64,000 nucleotides of DNA from an uncultured Nitrososphaeraceae archaeon (GTDB taxonomy: Archaea; Thermoproteota; Nitrososphaeria; Nitrososphaerales; Nitrososphaeraceae), in NCBI GenBank assembly GCA_963729045.1, contig CAVSMN010000009.1:160001-224000 (forward strand), written 5' to 3'. Numbering within the stretch: the first letter of the stretch is position 1; each line of letters opens with the position of its first letter. Positions 10,188 to 21,389 of this stretch are shown here, in pieces. Both the position numbers and the translations under genes were made by a program. The notes beneath the pieces are model-generated. The model had not been told where the DNA came from. It made no database searches and saw only the letters and a list, made by a program, of their open reading frames with translations.

Positions 10188-11381
10188 GTGAAAATCTCTG
10201 TATCGTTGATTTCGAAATCAGTTGTGCTAGTTTTCACTATTTATACTTTTTTGTCCTTAGTTATAGAATACGAAGTACAAGATGTTTCTAGCACAATTAT
10301 CAACGAATCTTCATTTACGTCGATAAATCCATCTATTTTGATAAATACGACAAAGGTGTCTAATTGCATACCGCAAGACATTATCGATAACAATGGTAAC
10401 AATAGTTCAACCGCATTATCCAAGACCGAAACCAACAAGACAAATGAAGCAAATATCAATAATGAGACTACAGGTATTTGTAAAATTCTTAGAGTATCAG
10501 ATTCGATCTCCTGCACTGAATATAATGGTAATCAATCTGAAATACCCTGTGAATCAAACGATTCTGATGAAGATAGTCTTAAGATAGATAATTTTGGAGA
10601 CAACGGTCATCTATTAGCCGACACAAAATTTGATCAACAATATTCATTTGAATTAAATGATCCCGTGGGTCAAGACAAAAAATTCAGAGTAACTATGGAC
10701 TTTGATAAACATACACAAAGCGAGAATAATGATATAAACTCACCTCGATTAGAGATAGTAAGAGAAGATTCAGAAGGAGTACCAGATATGTCTGCCGCAA
10801 AGAATCAGGAAATAATTTGGCATGGAAACATACATGAGTATTTTAAGGAACCTAAAGATAAATTTGAAAATGAAACATACATATCTCTTCAATTTAATAC
10901 CGGACGTCACGGAAGCAATGACCCAGATGAAGAGCGTGGCTTTGGAATATTGTTTGATGTTTCTGGCAGTAGTAACCCAAACCTATTAGAATATCGGGAT
11001 GATGGCAAGTATGTAAAATATGATTTTAATACTACAAAGGAATTAGCACAGGACAGTTTTATTTTCCATCAATTAGATAAGAATGGTAATCCCATATTTA
11101 ATAACAATCTGACAAACAAAGAAAATGTAGAACTTAAAGTAAGAACGTTGTTGACAGACAAAGATACTAGAATGATCGAAACATTTATTGATAATGGCTC
11201 GGGTAAGGAAATTCCCTATTGGACCTTAAATAATCTCTCCAAGTTAAAGGAACAAGATGATGTTGATGACCAAAACGGATTCATGGAGACTATAAATCAA
11301 GGATCTGGATATGTTATTGCACGCACTGATAACATTGATACCAGGCCCTCGTCCTTTAAGTCATTTTCTTTTGATTTGTAG
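10188..11381 (+). CDS. secreted hypothetical protein
   Basis: 397-aa ORF, N-terminal hydrophobic segment, N/T/S-rich linker with several Cys. Confidence 0.75.
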   Translation: MKISVSLISKSVVLVFTIYTFLSLVIEYEVQDVSSTIINESSFTSINPSILINTTKVSNCIPQDIIDNNGNNSSTALSKTETNKTNEANINNETTGICKILRVSDSISCTEYNGNQSEIPCESNDSDEDSLKIDNFGDNGHLLADTKFDQQYSFELNDPVGQDKKFRVTMDFDKHTQSENNDINSPRLEIVREDSEGVPDMSAAKNQEIIWHGNIHEYFKEPKDKFENETYISLQFNTGRHGSNDPDEERGFGILFDVSGSSNPNLLEYRDDGKYVKYDFNTTKELAQDSFIFHQLDKNGNPIFNNNLTNKENVELKVRTLLTDKDTRMIETFIDNGSGKEIPYWTLNNLSKLKEQDDVDDQNGFMETINQGSGYVIARTDNIDTRPSSFKSFSFDL

Positions 11382-11547
11382 TATTCTATCCATCTTAATT
11401 TTACGGGCTTTGGTTTTTCAGCTGATAGGATAAAAATCAAATAAGGTCATAAACAATAATTTTTTTTGCTATAGGATGTATTAATCGATCAAGTAACCGG
11501 ATTGGTATAATATTCACATTAATAAAAAATACCATATTTAGTCCTGA

Positions 11548-11814
11548 TTATTCAAAATCAAACATCTCGTCAGGGGAGGCATCTTTACGATATTCACCCT
11601 TGTAAAAATAATAACCCTTATCTTGTCCATCACAAACATTGTTTTTTTCCGATTGATTTCTTTCATGAAGTTCAATCCCAATGTTGTTATTAGCAGCTAT
11701 TTTTTCGATTTCACCGCAATCTAACCATATACCTTTACATTCAGGGCATTTATCCAATTCCACGCAGAATCCATAGGTCAAAGCCATTTCAGAAAAACAA
11801 TTTGGACATTTCAA
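11548..11814 (-). CDS. zf-TFIIB-type zinc-finger protein
   Basis: CPNC...VELDKCPECKGIWLDCGEIEKI. Confidence 0.85.
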   Translation of the reverse strand: MKCPNCFSEMALTYGFCVELDKCPECKGIWLDCGEIEKIAANNNIGIELHERNQSEKNNVCDGQDKGYYFYKGEYRKDASPDEMFDFE

Positions 11815-12055
11815 AATATCAAATGAATTTCTGTTGATGATATATATAAAATGATCCTATCAATTAAATTCTTAGAATAATTATTGTGATTTTATAATAT
11901 AATATAATTTCTACAAGTTCATTTCTATAATACTGGAATAATTGAATTGATAATCCATATCTATTGCTACAATTAGCTTCTGTAATTATTTTCGGCCCCA
12001 TATCATAATAAATGTCAATCAATAATCTTATTTACTATAGAGACAAATTTAATTA

Positions 12056-12343
12056 ATGAGCGAATCTACGAAATTTAATTATTCGATAGTTAGAGAGAAT
12101 TCAATTAATAATTTCATCAAGGATCTGCTAGAGGACAGGATTGAATTTGATTATTCAAAGGGTATTAAGGAAGATAAAAATGAAGTTTTTAATGCTGCTA
12201 TGGATTTAAAGGCAAAAATAATTCCATATCTAGCTGTTGAAAAGGACTACGCCAATAAAGAATATCACAAGCTTCAAGAAAATATATTTTCTTGTTATCT
12301 GACCCTAAAAATTTTTGGAGTAATACGTCCAAAATTAAGTTAG
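12056..12343 (+). CDS. hypothetical protein
   Basis: 95-aa ORF with ATG start. Confidence 0.6.
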   Translation: MSESTKFNYSIVRENSINNFIKDLLEDRIEFDYSKGIKEDKNEVFNAAMDLKAKIIPYLAVEKDYANKEYHKLQENIFSCYLTLKIFGVIRPKLS

Positions 12344-12662
12344 GTTACTTACCTTTCATGTGTTTTATGAAAGAGAATAATATCATCACATGATTCAACT
12401 GACATAGACAGTTTGTTTTTATAATGACCATCCGTACATTTTTTGTTCGACATTAAGTAATCAAAACTTATTTTCAACTCTGATTAAATATTCCTCTAAA
12501 AGACATACAGTTCAATTAATTGGTACGTAAAAACCGAAACTAACTGGATGAATTTTTTGTGTAGTAGTATAATCAATAAATAAATTTCTAATTGGTAATA
12601 TTTATGGACCATATTTCCTGTATTTAACATTAAAGTATAAGATTTATTTACAGAATGTTATT

Positions 12663-13634
12663 ATGACTAATAATTTCATTGGTGTTGAAAAAACTACAAA
12701 AAGTTTTTTAGATAAACTACAAAACAATCCCGGTCCCCCTATTTACAAATTATCGCCTAGCGATGCTCGAAATGTATTATCAGGTCTTCAATCGGTACCA
12801 GTTGCAAAGCCTGCAGCTGATGTACAGGATCTCTCCATCTCTGGCAAATCAAATGAAAAAATAGATATTCAAATTATAAGACCGTTCAATAGCGGCGATA
12901 AAACCCTTCCGGTTGTGGTCTATTTTCATGGTGGCGGATGGGTTTTAGGAGGAATAGATACTCATGACAGACTGGTAAGAGAATTGACCAACTCCATTAA
13001 TGCTGCAATTGTATTTGTTAAATATAGTAGATCTCCTGAAGCTAAATATCCAAAAGCTCTAGAAGAAGCCTATGATTCAATAAAATGGATTTCAGAAAAT
13101 GGTAACTCATTGAATTTAGACTCTTCTAGAATGGCTGTCGTAGGAGACAGTGTTGGCGGCAACATGGCAACCGCTGTTGCGATGCTTGCCAAGGAGCGTC
13201 AGGGACCAAAAATTCTTTATCAGGTCCTTTTCTATCCGGTTACCGAAGCAAATTTTGATACCGAGTCATATCGATCTTTTCAAGAGGGTTACTTTTTGAC
13301 TAGAGAAGCCATGAAATGGTTTTGGGAAAGCTATGTTTCAGATAAAGCCGATTTGAAAAAACCCACAGTTTCTCCATTGTTATCTTCAATAGAACAGCTC
13401 AATGGTTTACCACCAGCACTTGTAATAACAGGCGAGTTTGATGTATTAAGGGATGAAGGGGAAGCTTACGCACATAAGTTGATGGAAGCTGGCGTAAACG
13501 TAACTGCATGTAGATATCAAGGCACTATTCACGATTTCGTAATGTTAAACGAAATTGCAGGTACGCCAGCAACAAGAGGTGCAATTGAACAGGCATCTGA
13601 TAAATTAAGAAAGGTATTATGGGAAAGAGAATAG
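12663..13634 (+). CDS. alpha/beta hydrolase, HSL-family esterase/lipase
   Basis: HGGGW oxyanion motif, GDSVGG nucleophile, D(VLRD) and H(DF) triad residues. Confidence 0.95.
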   Translation: MTNNFIGVEKTTKSFLDKLQNNPGPPIYKLSPSDARNVLSGLQSVPVAKPAADVQDLSISGKSNEKIDIQIIRPFNSGDKTLPVVVYFHGGGWVLGGIDTHDRLVRELTNSINAAIVFVKYSRSPEAKYPKALEEAYDSIKWISENGNSLNLDSSRMAVVGDSVGGNMATAVAMLAKERQGPKILYQVLFYPVTEANFDTESYRSFQEGYFLTREAMKWFWESYVSDKADLKKPTVSPLLSSIEQLNGLPPALVITGEFDVLRDEGEAYAHKLMEAGVNVTACRYQGTIHDFVMLNEIAGTPATRGAIEQASDKLRKVLWERE

Positions 13635-14054
13635 ACATTTTAGATACTGTTTGGTCAATTTTTTTGACCATACCATTTCTCATTATTTACTGAAGAAAGA
13701 AATACGATTGTTTTCAATAGAGTTTTGTGAAATCCATAAAGTACGTATATCTATTTAAAAGACTAGATAGAACATGTTACTAACATTATTGTTATTATTT
13801 TCAATATTTTTGAAGTGGTCCAATGATAATTGTATCAAGGATATAATGTGATTGGATCGGATTTGATTGAAATAGTGTAATACCCGTAAAGCTGAGTAAA
13901 TTGATCCATATGTTCATATTCAGAATTCCATTTGTTGATGTCTGTCTGTCTGTTTATATGTCTATGAATGTCATTTTTCAAGTTTTTCAAACAGGATTGA
14001 AATCGACTTGATGAATTTATTAAATATCAATACAATAATTAGGTAGAAAACATA

Positions 14055-14792
14055 TTGGATAAAGTACAAAGTTATCACGTTGAACCTCACATAAAAGAAA
14101 GTAACTACATTAGAGATATTGTTTTTGGTTTTGGTGATGGAGTTAATACTTCTTTAGGAATAGTAGCTGGCATAGGTGGTGCCTCTGTGGGTGTGGATAT
14201 AGTCATTTTAGCTGCGGTAATAGGAATGTTTACGGGTGCTAAAGCCATGGCAGTACAAAATTATCTTGCTGTTAAATCCCAAATAGAGATTTTACAATCC
14301 GAAATCAAAAGAGAAGAATATGAAATTGAAAATACTCCCGAGGAGGAAAGAAAAGAGATAGAAGAAATCTACAAGTCCAAAGGGTTTGTCGGTGAAGAAT
14401 TGAATATGGTTGTAAATAAGATTACATCCAATAAGGGAGTTTGGTTGAAAACGATGTTAACAGAGGAGTTGGGTCTGAATCTAGAAATCCTAGGCAATCC
14501 TATAAAAGGAGCTATTGTTATGTTCATATCATTTTTGGTAGGAGGTATCTTACCAATACTACCATATTTCATAGTCAAAACTGGCTTAATCAACAATTTT
14601 ACGGCATTACTAATAGCCATTTCTATGAGTTTATCGTCATCTTTTATGATTGGTGCAATCAAAGGTAGATTAGCTAAAAAAAGCTGGGTAAAAGGAGGAT
14701 TGGAAATGTCTCTATTAGGAACAGGAATTGCGTTACTTGGTTATGGAATTGGATCTGAAATGAATAACCTAGGAGTGGTTGACTTTGAATAA
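14055..14792 (+). CDS. VIT1/CCC1 family Fe/Mn transporter
   Basis: RDIVFGFGDG, AMAVQNYLAVKSQ, EELG, GGILPILPY. Confidence 0.92.
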   Translation: MDKVQSYHVEPHIKESNYIRDIVFGFGDGVNTSLGIVAGIGGASVGVDIVILAAVIGMFTGAKAMAVQNYLAVKSQIEILQSEIKREEYEIENTPEEERKEIEEIYKSKGFVGEELNMVVNKITSNKGVWLKTMLTEELGLNLEILGNPIKGAIVMFISFLVGGILPILPYFIVKTGLINNFTALLIAISMSLSSSFMIGAIKGRLAKKSWVKGGLEMSLLGTGIALLGYGIGSEMNNLGVVDFE

Positions 14793-14847
14793 CAGATATT
14801 GGTGTTAAGGCATTTGGTTTAGATATATGCAACAGATGAGAAAGAAT

Positions 14848-16989
14848 TTAAGAAGAATATTTTTTTTTCAATTTCTTGGCTAGTTTTGGACCTATTTTTG
14901 GGATCATAGATAGTTTTGATTCTGAAATTAGTAGGAGATCGTTAGGTACGTTGATTCCAGCCCCATGAAGAGATCGCGCTCTGGCCCTGCCTATATCTTT
15001 CATCTGTACCAATGGAACAAGCTCTGCCTTTACTCCATGCTTAATTCGACTTTCGAGTGAAAAAAGAACGGGTAAAAGATCGTTTCTGTTTAACAATTTA
15101 CATATTTCGAATATTGAAGAGATTAACCAATTAGACACTTCGACAATTCTATGTATATCGCCTGGCTCTACACCAATTCTCTCATTCATCCTTTTTTCTG
15201 TAGACTCATTGATCCATTCGTATAGAGTCCATAGACTTCTAGAACAATCCATTATTTCTACGTCTGAAAAAAATTCATCATAATTGTTATAAAACAAATA
15301 ACTGAACTCTTCGATGTCTTGTTTTCTAAACGAAAGTTTAGGATAAAAGTCTGGGCAAGTGGTAATCATATGAAGGAAACCAAATACGTTGTTGATTTTT
15401 ACAGACCTTGGTTTTATATCATCGATGGTCTTCCTAAACGCAACAGCAGTCTCAGGATTAAGATATAAATTTGAAACTAATTTTCCAAATCCGGTCACAT
15501 TATACATATTGTTTTGCAATCGAATTAGATCTTCTTCTAGAAAATAATCTAAAGATGAATCTATTTTATCAAATAGGGAAGTATTGTTCCTATCTTGAAA
15601 TGAATAAAATGTCTTTGAGAACAAGTCATAGATATCATCTAGACTAATTCCGTTAAATGAAGCAATTACACCCAGTAGATGGATTTTGATCGCTATTATA
15701 TTCCCAAGGTTTGAATTTAGAGGTTCAGGAATCCCCAATATATAATGATCATACAAGTCTTCATAAGATGTTCTTGAATCTGAAATAATTATAGATTCTC
15801 CATAAGCATCATATTGAGGTCGTCCAGCTCTTCCACAAAGTTGTTTATATTCAAGCACACTAATAGGAACTGAAGCACCGTATACAAAATCATACCGGGT
15901 AACATTTGTTATTATGACTCTACGTGCAGGGAGGTTGACGCCAGCAGCTAGTGTGGGTGTTGCAAACAGGGATTTTATGATTCCACTTTTAAAAGCCTCT
16001 TCAACAACCCCTCTACTTGAAAGACTTAATCCTGCATGATGAAACCCTATGCCAGTAGATATCAAATTTGACAAATTTTTAGTTAAATCCGTGTCATCAC
16101 CCTCCTCCAAAATTTGTTTAGAAACCTTTAAGGTATTTTTCCTTTCTTCTGGTGATAGGGTTTTGGATACAACCTCTGAAACCTTCTTAGCTAAGGATAC
16201 GGCTCGTTTTCTTGTTTCAACAAAAATAAGATTTTGTCCATTACTATTTAGAGAATCCATGACTAAATCGATAGCCATCGAAGTGGTGTCCTTCCCTGAC
16301 TCAGAAACTTTAATTCTGGAATCGTCATTAGAATATATTATCCCATCAGAATATACCCCTTCTATCAATTTTGTTGGTCTCCAAGTGCTTTCTATTAATC
16401 TTGATCCTAACCATCCTGCGATTTCGGAGGCATTAGTGATTGTAGCACTTAAGCCAAGAATCTGAGATGATGAATAGTATTTTTTTATTTTGGTTAGGAC
16501 CATTTCTAAAACCGGTCCCCTATCTTGATCTCCGATTAAATGAATTTCGTCTGAAATAAATAGTCCAACATTTGATAACCATGAAGCATTATGTCTAAGA
16601 ATCGAGTCAATTTTTTCGTTTGTCATAATAATTATGTCGGCTGAACTTAAATCGGCGTTTGAAGTATTAAAATCGCCAGTGCTAATCTTTATTCTTATTT
16701 TTCTGGAAAATATACCAGATTTATCTATAGAAGTAAATTCCAAATATTTTTCATAAGCTAATGCTCTTAATGGTGTAAGATATACTACTTTCTTATTTTT
16801 TTCTAAGGATTTAATTGCAGCTAGGATGGCAATTAATGTTTTCCCGCTTGCGGTAGGAGTAGTAATTAAAATATTAGAATCTTCTAACAAGCCTTTTTCT
16901 ATAGCCAATTGTTGTGGAGGATATAGAGAGGTATAACCTAAAAATGAAAGATAAGAAGAAATCCTATCATCACTTAACTTCAATTGCAT
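14848..16989 (-). CDS. hel308: Ski2-like DNA helicase Hel308/Hjm
   Basis: TPTASGKT, DEIH, GLSAT, FHHAGL, TPTLAAGVNLPA, QLCGRAGRP, C-terminal HhH. Confidence 0.93.
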   Translation of the reverse strand: MQLKLSDDRISSYLSFLGYTSLYPPQQLAIEKGLLEDSNILITTPTASGKTLIAILAAIKSLEKNKKVVYLTPLRALAYEKYLEFTSIDKSGIFSRKIRIKISTGDFNTSNADLSSADIIIMTNEKIDSILRHNASWLSNVGLFISDEIHLIGDQDRGPVLEMVLTKIKKYYSSSQILGLSATITNASEIAGWLGSRLIESTWRPTKLIEGVYSDGIIYSNDDSRIKVSESGKDTTSMAIDLVMDSLNSNGQNLIFVETRKRAVSLAKKVSEVVSKTLSPEERKNTLKVSKQILEEGDDTDLTKNLSNLISTGIGFHHAGLSLSSRGVVEEAFKSGIIKSLFATPTLAAGVNLPARRVIITNVTRYDFVYGASVPISVLEYKQLCGRAGRPQYDAYGESIIISDSRTSYEDLYDHYILGIPEPLNSNLGNIIAIKIHLLGVIASFNGISLDDIYDLFSKTFYSFQDRNNTSLFDKIDSSLDYFLEEDLIRLQNNMYNVTGFGKLVSNLYLNPETAVAFRKTIDDIKPRSVKINNVFGFLHMITTCPDFYPKLSFRKQDIEEFSYLFYNNYDEFFSDVEIMDCSRSLWTLYEWINESTEKRMNERIGVEPGDIHRIVEVSNWLISSIFEICKLLNRNDLLPVLFSLESRIKHGVKAELVPLVQMKDIGRARARSLHGAGINVPNDLLLISESKLSMIPKIGPKLAKKLKKKYSS

Positions 16990-17277
16990 GTATAAATTAC
17001 TATTATTAAGAAATCGTATTACATATTAAATTTCTTTCATTGATAAACAAGTTATTGTTATTAAGGATAGGTAAGGATTTCATCGATAAAATTCTTGCTT
17101 GCTCCGGGTTGTGCGTTTGAAATCAATTGGCCTTTGATTAACTAAAATGAATTGAAAAATGCTTATGATCACGATAATTGACATTTTTTCCGTCTGGTGG
17201 TTATTATTATAATATTACTAACAAATTAATAATAATTAATAAGTAAACTTTATATTATTAATAACCAAATTATTTTC

Positions 17278-18243
17278 ATGCGAGAGAATTATAAGACTTG
17301 GATCTCTTTTTGCTTTATTGTTTTAACCATAACTTTATTTTCTTCAATTATTCCAAAGTCTATTGCTACCAGTAATTTATCACAAAATAACAATAATAAT
17401 AATAGTATCAAAGAATCAGAGGGTCAGAGCTTAATTTCATCAAATAATACAAATCTAAAAATTTTCGCATCCTTTTATCCGATTTATGATTTTGTCAAGA
17501 AAATAGGCAAAGACAGAGTGGATGTTTCAACTATAGTACCTGCCAGTATAGAACCCCATGATTTTGAACCTACAGCCAAACAAGTAATTGAACTACAAAA
17601 AGCTGATGTGATTTTTATTAATGGAGCAGGATTTGAATCCTGGATTAATAAGATAGGAAATGCAAACGTAGTTGACTTGAGCAAGGATCTCCCAATTGAA
17701 AATATAGGATCTACTCCAGATCCCCATATTTGGCTTGATCCCAATTTGGTTAAAGCATATTCAAAAACTATATTTGAAAAATTAATATCTTTAGATCCTC
17801 AAAATACAGATTATTATACGAGCAATTTTAATGAATTTAATAGCAAACTAGAACTACTAAATTCAGATATTAATATGAACTTGACTAATTGTGATCTGAA
17901 TGATTTTATCGCATTTCATGATGCTTTTGGCTATTTTGCAAAAAGATACGGGTTAACTCAGCATTCAATTAGTGGTTTATCACCTGAAGGAGACATTAAT
18001 CCTCAAAAAATTACAGAGGCAATAAAATTAGCTGAGCAATTAGGTGTAAACATTATTTTTTCAGAAGATAATATTGAGCCTAGACTTTCAGACACAATAG
18101 CAAATGAAATAGGAGGGAAGGTAATGAGATTGAGTCCGATTGAAATGATTACACAGGAAGAACAAACTTTAGATAAAGATTATTTCTCAAAAATGTACGA
18201 TAATTTAGATAATTTGAAAATAGCGCTCAAATGTGAAAATTAA
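17278..18243 (+). CDS. Zn/Mn ABC transporter substrate-binding protein (ZnuA/PsaA family)
   Basis: EPHDFEP, DPHIWLDP, FHDAFGYFAKRYGL. Confidence 0.93.
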   Translation: MRENYKTWISFCFIVLTITLFSSIIPKSIATSNLSQNNNNNNSIKESEGQSLISSNNTNLKIFASFYPIYDFVKKIGKDRVDVSTIVPASIEPHDFEPTAKQVIELQKADVIFINGAGFESWINKIGNANVVDLSKDLPIENIGSTPDPHIWLDPNLVKAYSKTIFEKLISLDPQNTDYYTSNFNEFNSKLELLNSDINMNLTNCDLNDFIAFHDAFGYFAKRYGLTQHSISGLSPEGDINPQKITEAIKLAEQLGVNIIFSEDNIEPRLSDTIANEIGGKVMRLSPIEMITQEEQTLDKDYFSKMYDNLDNLKIALKCEN

Positions 18244-18285
18244 TTATTTGAATTATATGGAATATGAAAAAAGAATTGAATAGAA

Positions 18286-19125
18286 ATGATTGAAATTCTC
18301 CAGTATGAGTTCATGCAACGTGCCCTTATTTCTGGAATAGCAATTTCTATAAGTTGTTCGCTAATTGGACTGTTTCTTATATTAAAAAGATTTTCTTTGT
18401 TTGGGGATGCAATGTCGCATGTAGCTTTTGGAGGGATCGCATTAGGATTGTTTCTAAAGTCTAATCCTATTTGGGTATCATTAATTGTTTCGATAATTGG
18501 AGCATTAGCAATCATAAAATTGAATTCAAGCAAAAGAATCTATTCAGATTCGTCTATCTCAGTTCTATTATCTCTAGGGCTAGCGATGGGATTGGTATTA
18601 ATCAGCTTATCTGGAGGATTTTCTATAGATATAACAAGTTATCTTTTTGGAAGCATATTATTAGTCAATATCGAAGAAACATTGAGTACCATACTTCTAA
18701 GCGTTATAGTTATTACATTTGTTATCTTTTATTATAAAAAATTAATATATCTTGTATTTAATGAGGAACAAGCATTAGTAAATGGCATCAATACAGTTGT
18801 ATTAAATATTTTATTCATTACTTTGGCAACCATTGCAATTGTAATGTCCATTAGATTGATAGGAGTACTAATGGTTTCGTCTCTCTTAATAATTCCTAAT
18901 GTTTCTTCGTTGCTACTAGGATATGGATTCAAGAAAACCATACTATTCTCAATTTGTTTTTCTTTGATATCTGTTATTTTGGGAATAATATTAGCATATG
19001 AATGGAATATTACACCTAGTGGAATGATAGTAATAACATCCGCTGGAATATTCTTTGGAGTAAATGTATTAAAGTTATTTTCTTCAAAAATAAAAAACAA
19101 GACTGAAACAAAAATAAGATCTTGA
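18286..19125 (+). CDS. Zn/Mn ABC transporter permease (ABC-3/ZnuB family)
   Basis: FMQRAL, GDAMSHVAFGG, YLFGSIL, multiple TM helices. Confidence 0.93.
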   Translation: MIEILQYEFMQRALISGIAISISCSLIGLFLILKRFSLFGDAMSHVAFGGIALGLFLKSNPIWVSLIVSIIGALAIIKLNSSKRIYSDSSISVLLSLGLAMGLVLISLSGGFSIDITSYLFGSILLVNIEETLSTILLSVIVITFVIFYYKKLIYLVFNEEQALVNGINTVVLNILFITLATIAIVMSIRLIGVLMVSSLLIIPNVSSLLLGYGFKKTILFSICFSLISVILGIILAYEWNITPSGMIVITSAGIFFGVNVLKLFSSKIKNKTETKIRS

Positions 19126-20069
19126 CAATTAATAGTTTTTATCAGCTATTACCCGATATTATTATGTACTTGTATAACCAGTATGTTTTTAAAGAAATGA
19201 ATTTTGGTATGAAATTTACGTTTGTCTTTCTTTTTGCTTCATCACTTTTATTTTTTACTTGCTTACTTATTTTTGACGGTATCACAGTCTTTGCTCAACA
19301 AGAAAATAATACCACCACCATAAATACAAATGATCAATTCGGTATTGAAAAAATATATCCTACCAAATCCGATGGCAGGGAATGGTATGTTAACATGTCT
19401 AACCCCAAAAATGATCCAAATGTAACTTTTACTTTTAATCCTAGATTAGCCAAACAGGATGATGGATCTTGGAAAATAAGGGATGACAAAATTCGAATTA
19501 ATGTAGACACATTAAATGGGACAGAAGAATGGAAAAATGTTGAAATTACGGGATATGTGAAAATAGACTCGATAATCAATCCGCGTAAAAGTGTTATAAC
19601 AGACATTGACTGGGTAGCAAGAACTGATCAACATAATGAAGACTTTCCATGTCATGGCCTATCCCTTCACGGGGGCATTTATCCGGATGGTTCTGTAGCA
19701 TGGAAAAAAGAAATATGGTTTACCGGAGGATATACTAAAGAAAAATCAGTCCCTAAAATAACCGACTCATTGATGAATAGATGGATTGGCTGGAAAACTG
19801 TGATCTATAATACAAATAATGATTCCGCGGTTAAAATGGAATCATATTTAGATAACTCAAATTCTAATCATTGGGTCAAAGTTTTTGAAATTACGGATAA
19901 CGGAGGCTGGTATGCAAGTAGTTCGGATAAAGTATTCTACAGTGCAAATTGTGGTAGATCCAAAGATCATATGGTTTTGAATTCAGGACCTATTGTTACG
20001 TTTCGCGCAGATAACGTAGTTTTGAACTTCAAGGATTTGAGCATAAGAGAAATAGAGCCACCAAAGTAG
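19122..20069 (+). CDS. secreted beta-rich hypothetical protein
   Basis: Signal peptide ending VFA (true start probably about 19197-19209); FGIEKIYPT, WKNVEITGY, WIGWK, ELTDNGGW-like motifs. Confidence 0.75.
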   Translation: MTINSFYQLLPDIIMYLYNQYVFKEMNFGMKFTFVFLFASSLLFFTCLLIFDGITVFAQQENNTTTINTNDQFGIEKIYPTKSDGREWYVNMSNPKNDPNVTFTFNPRLAKQDDGSWKIRDDKIRINVDTLNGTEEWKNVEITGYVKIDSIINPRKSVITDIDWVARTDQHNEDFPCHGLSLHGGIYPDGSVAWKKEIWFTGGYTKEKSVPKITDSLMNRWIGWKTVIYNTNNDSAVKMESYLDNSNSNHWVKVFEITDNGGWYASSSDKVFYSANCGRSKDHMVLNSGPIVTFRADNVVLNFKDLSIREIEPPK

Positions 20070-20147
20070 GATAATACTGATTTATCCATTGGAAATTACT
20101 CGTAAATGGAAAAAACAAATATTATGAAATGATCATAATAAAAAACA

Positions 20148-20531
20148 TTGCCAATCATAAGCATTTCACTGAATGAAAACATAATCCAAGAACTAGATAA
20201 ATTGCAAAAGTTTTTGGGTTTTTCAGGCAGATCAGAAATCGTAAGAGCTAGTGTTAGAAACCTACTTTTAGAAGAGAAAAGAATAGATGAATTGTCAGGA
20301 GTTCTACATTCAGTTCTTCTAGTAATACATGATGAAAAATCCGATCAAGAAATCAGTGAAATTCGACATGGATTTGATAAAATAATTAATACCCACATTC
20401 ACAATAAGATAGACGAAGATAGATGCCTTGAAATTTTTGTACTTTATGGTGATGCAAGAGAGATTAAAAATATTACCAAGAAATTTCAAGGGAACAGAAA
20501 AATGGATCAAGTTAGGTTAGTGGTAACATAG
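20148..20531 (+). CDS. NikR-like (CopG/RHH) metal-responsive regulator
   Basis: IISISLN...GFSGRSEIVRASVR RHH domain; THIHNKIDEDRCLE metal-binding motif. Confidence 0.9.
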   Translation: MPIISISLNENIIQELDKLQKFLGFSGRSEIVRASVRNLLLEEKRIDELSGVLHSVLLVIHDEKSDQEISEIRHGFDKIINTHIHNKIDEDRCLEIFVLYGDAREIKNITKKFQGNRKMDQVRLVVT

Positions 20532-20553
20532 TAATTCAACATATTAATTTGAA

Positions 20554-20627
20554 AGCCATAAGTGGGATTTGAACCCACGGCCTAAGGTTTACGAAACCTT
20601 CGCTCTGCCAGGCTGAGCTACTATGGC
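20554..20627 (-). tRNA. tRNA-Thr(CGT)
   Basis: Reverse complement GCCATAG TA GCTC AGCCTGGCA GAGC G AAGGT TT CGT AA ACCTT AGGCC GTGGG TTCAAAT CCCAC TTATGGC T. Confidence 0.96.
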
Positions 20628-21033
20628 GGCAGCGTTAGAACCAATCTGCGAACAATTTCCAAGTATTAGAAGTATGAAAAAGTTAAATAATAATGTATTT
20701 TTTTTCTATGATGTGACAAAATGCAACTTACATGAATTTTTTTTTGACTGGAATTGTAATGATTGCAAAGAAGAATATAAGAATTTGAAGGGAACTAACA
20801 AAATTGAAGAAGAGTCACATGAGGAAGTAGAACCGATAAAGGCAAAGAAAATAAAGAAGAAGAATGATTACAAAGAATTCACAGAAGAGAGAGCTAAAAA
20901 ACTCTATGAAGAAATTTTTTTGCAGTATTTAAAAAAGGGTAACATAAGTGAAGCAGAATCCATTGAACGCTCAAAGAAGATAATAAGAAAACAGTGTTTA
21001 ATGCGCAACATTGAGCCTTGGTCATGGGTCTAA
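20623..21033 (+). CDS. hypothetical protein with CxxH..CxxC motif
   Basis: CNLHEFFFDWNCNDC; the listed start overlaps the tRNA, so the true start is probably further downstream. Confidence 0.6.
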   Translation: MAAALEPICEQFPSIRSMKKLNNNVFFFYDVTKCNLHEFFFDWNCNDCKEEYKNLKGTNKIEEESHEEVEPIKAKKIKKKNDYKEFTEERAKKLYEEIFLQYLKKGNISEAESIERSKKIIRKQCLMRNIEPWSWV

Positions 21034-21096
21034 TCCAGATTCAGAATTAAATAGTTAAGTTAAACCTAAATAACAAAAAAAAGTTATTTAACTTTA

Positions 21097-21324
21097 TTGT
21101 CATCACCGAATAATCAATCTAATATCTTACAAGGAAGTGTAAATAAAGACATCCTTCTAAAACTAAAAGGAAAGAGAACTATCAAGGGAAAGCTGAAAAG
21201 TTTTGATCAATACATGAATTTAACACTGGAAAATGCAACTGAAGTTTTAGAGGGAGATAAAGTTCAACAAATGGGAGAAATATTCATCAAAGGCGAAAAC
21301 ATTGTTATTATAGCAACAGATTGA
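21097..21324 (+). CDS. Sm-like archaeal protein (Lsm/SmAP)
   Basis: IKGKLKSFDQYMNLTLENATE (Sm1), IFIKGENIVII (Sm2). Confidence 0.92.
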   Translation: MSSPNNQSNILQGSVNKDILLKLKGKRTIKGKLKSFDQYMNLTLENATEVLEGDKVQQMGEIFIKGENIVIIATD

Positions 21325-21389
21325 TTATATGAATAAACAGTGATTCTTGTTAATAATTATAATCAAGTTTTTCAAAAGATTAAGTTAAA

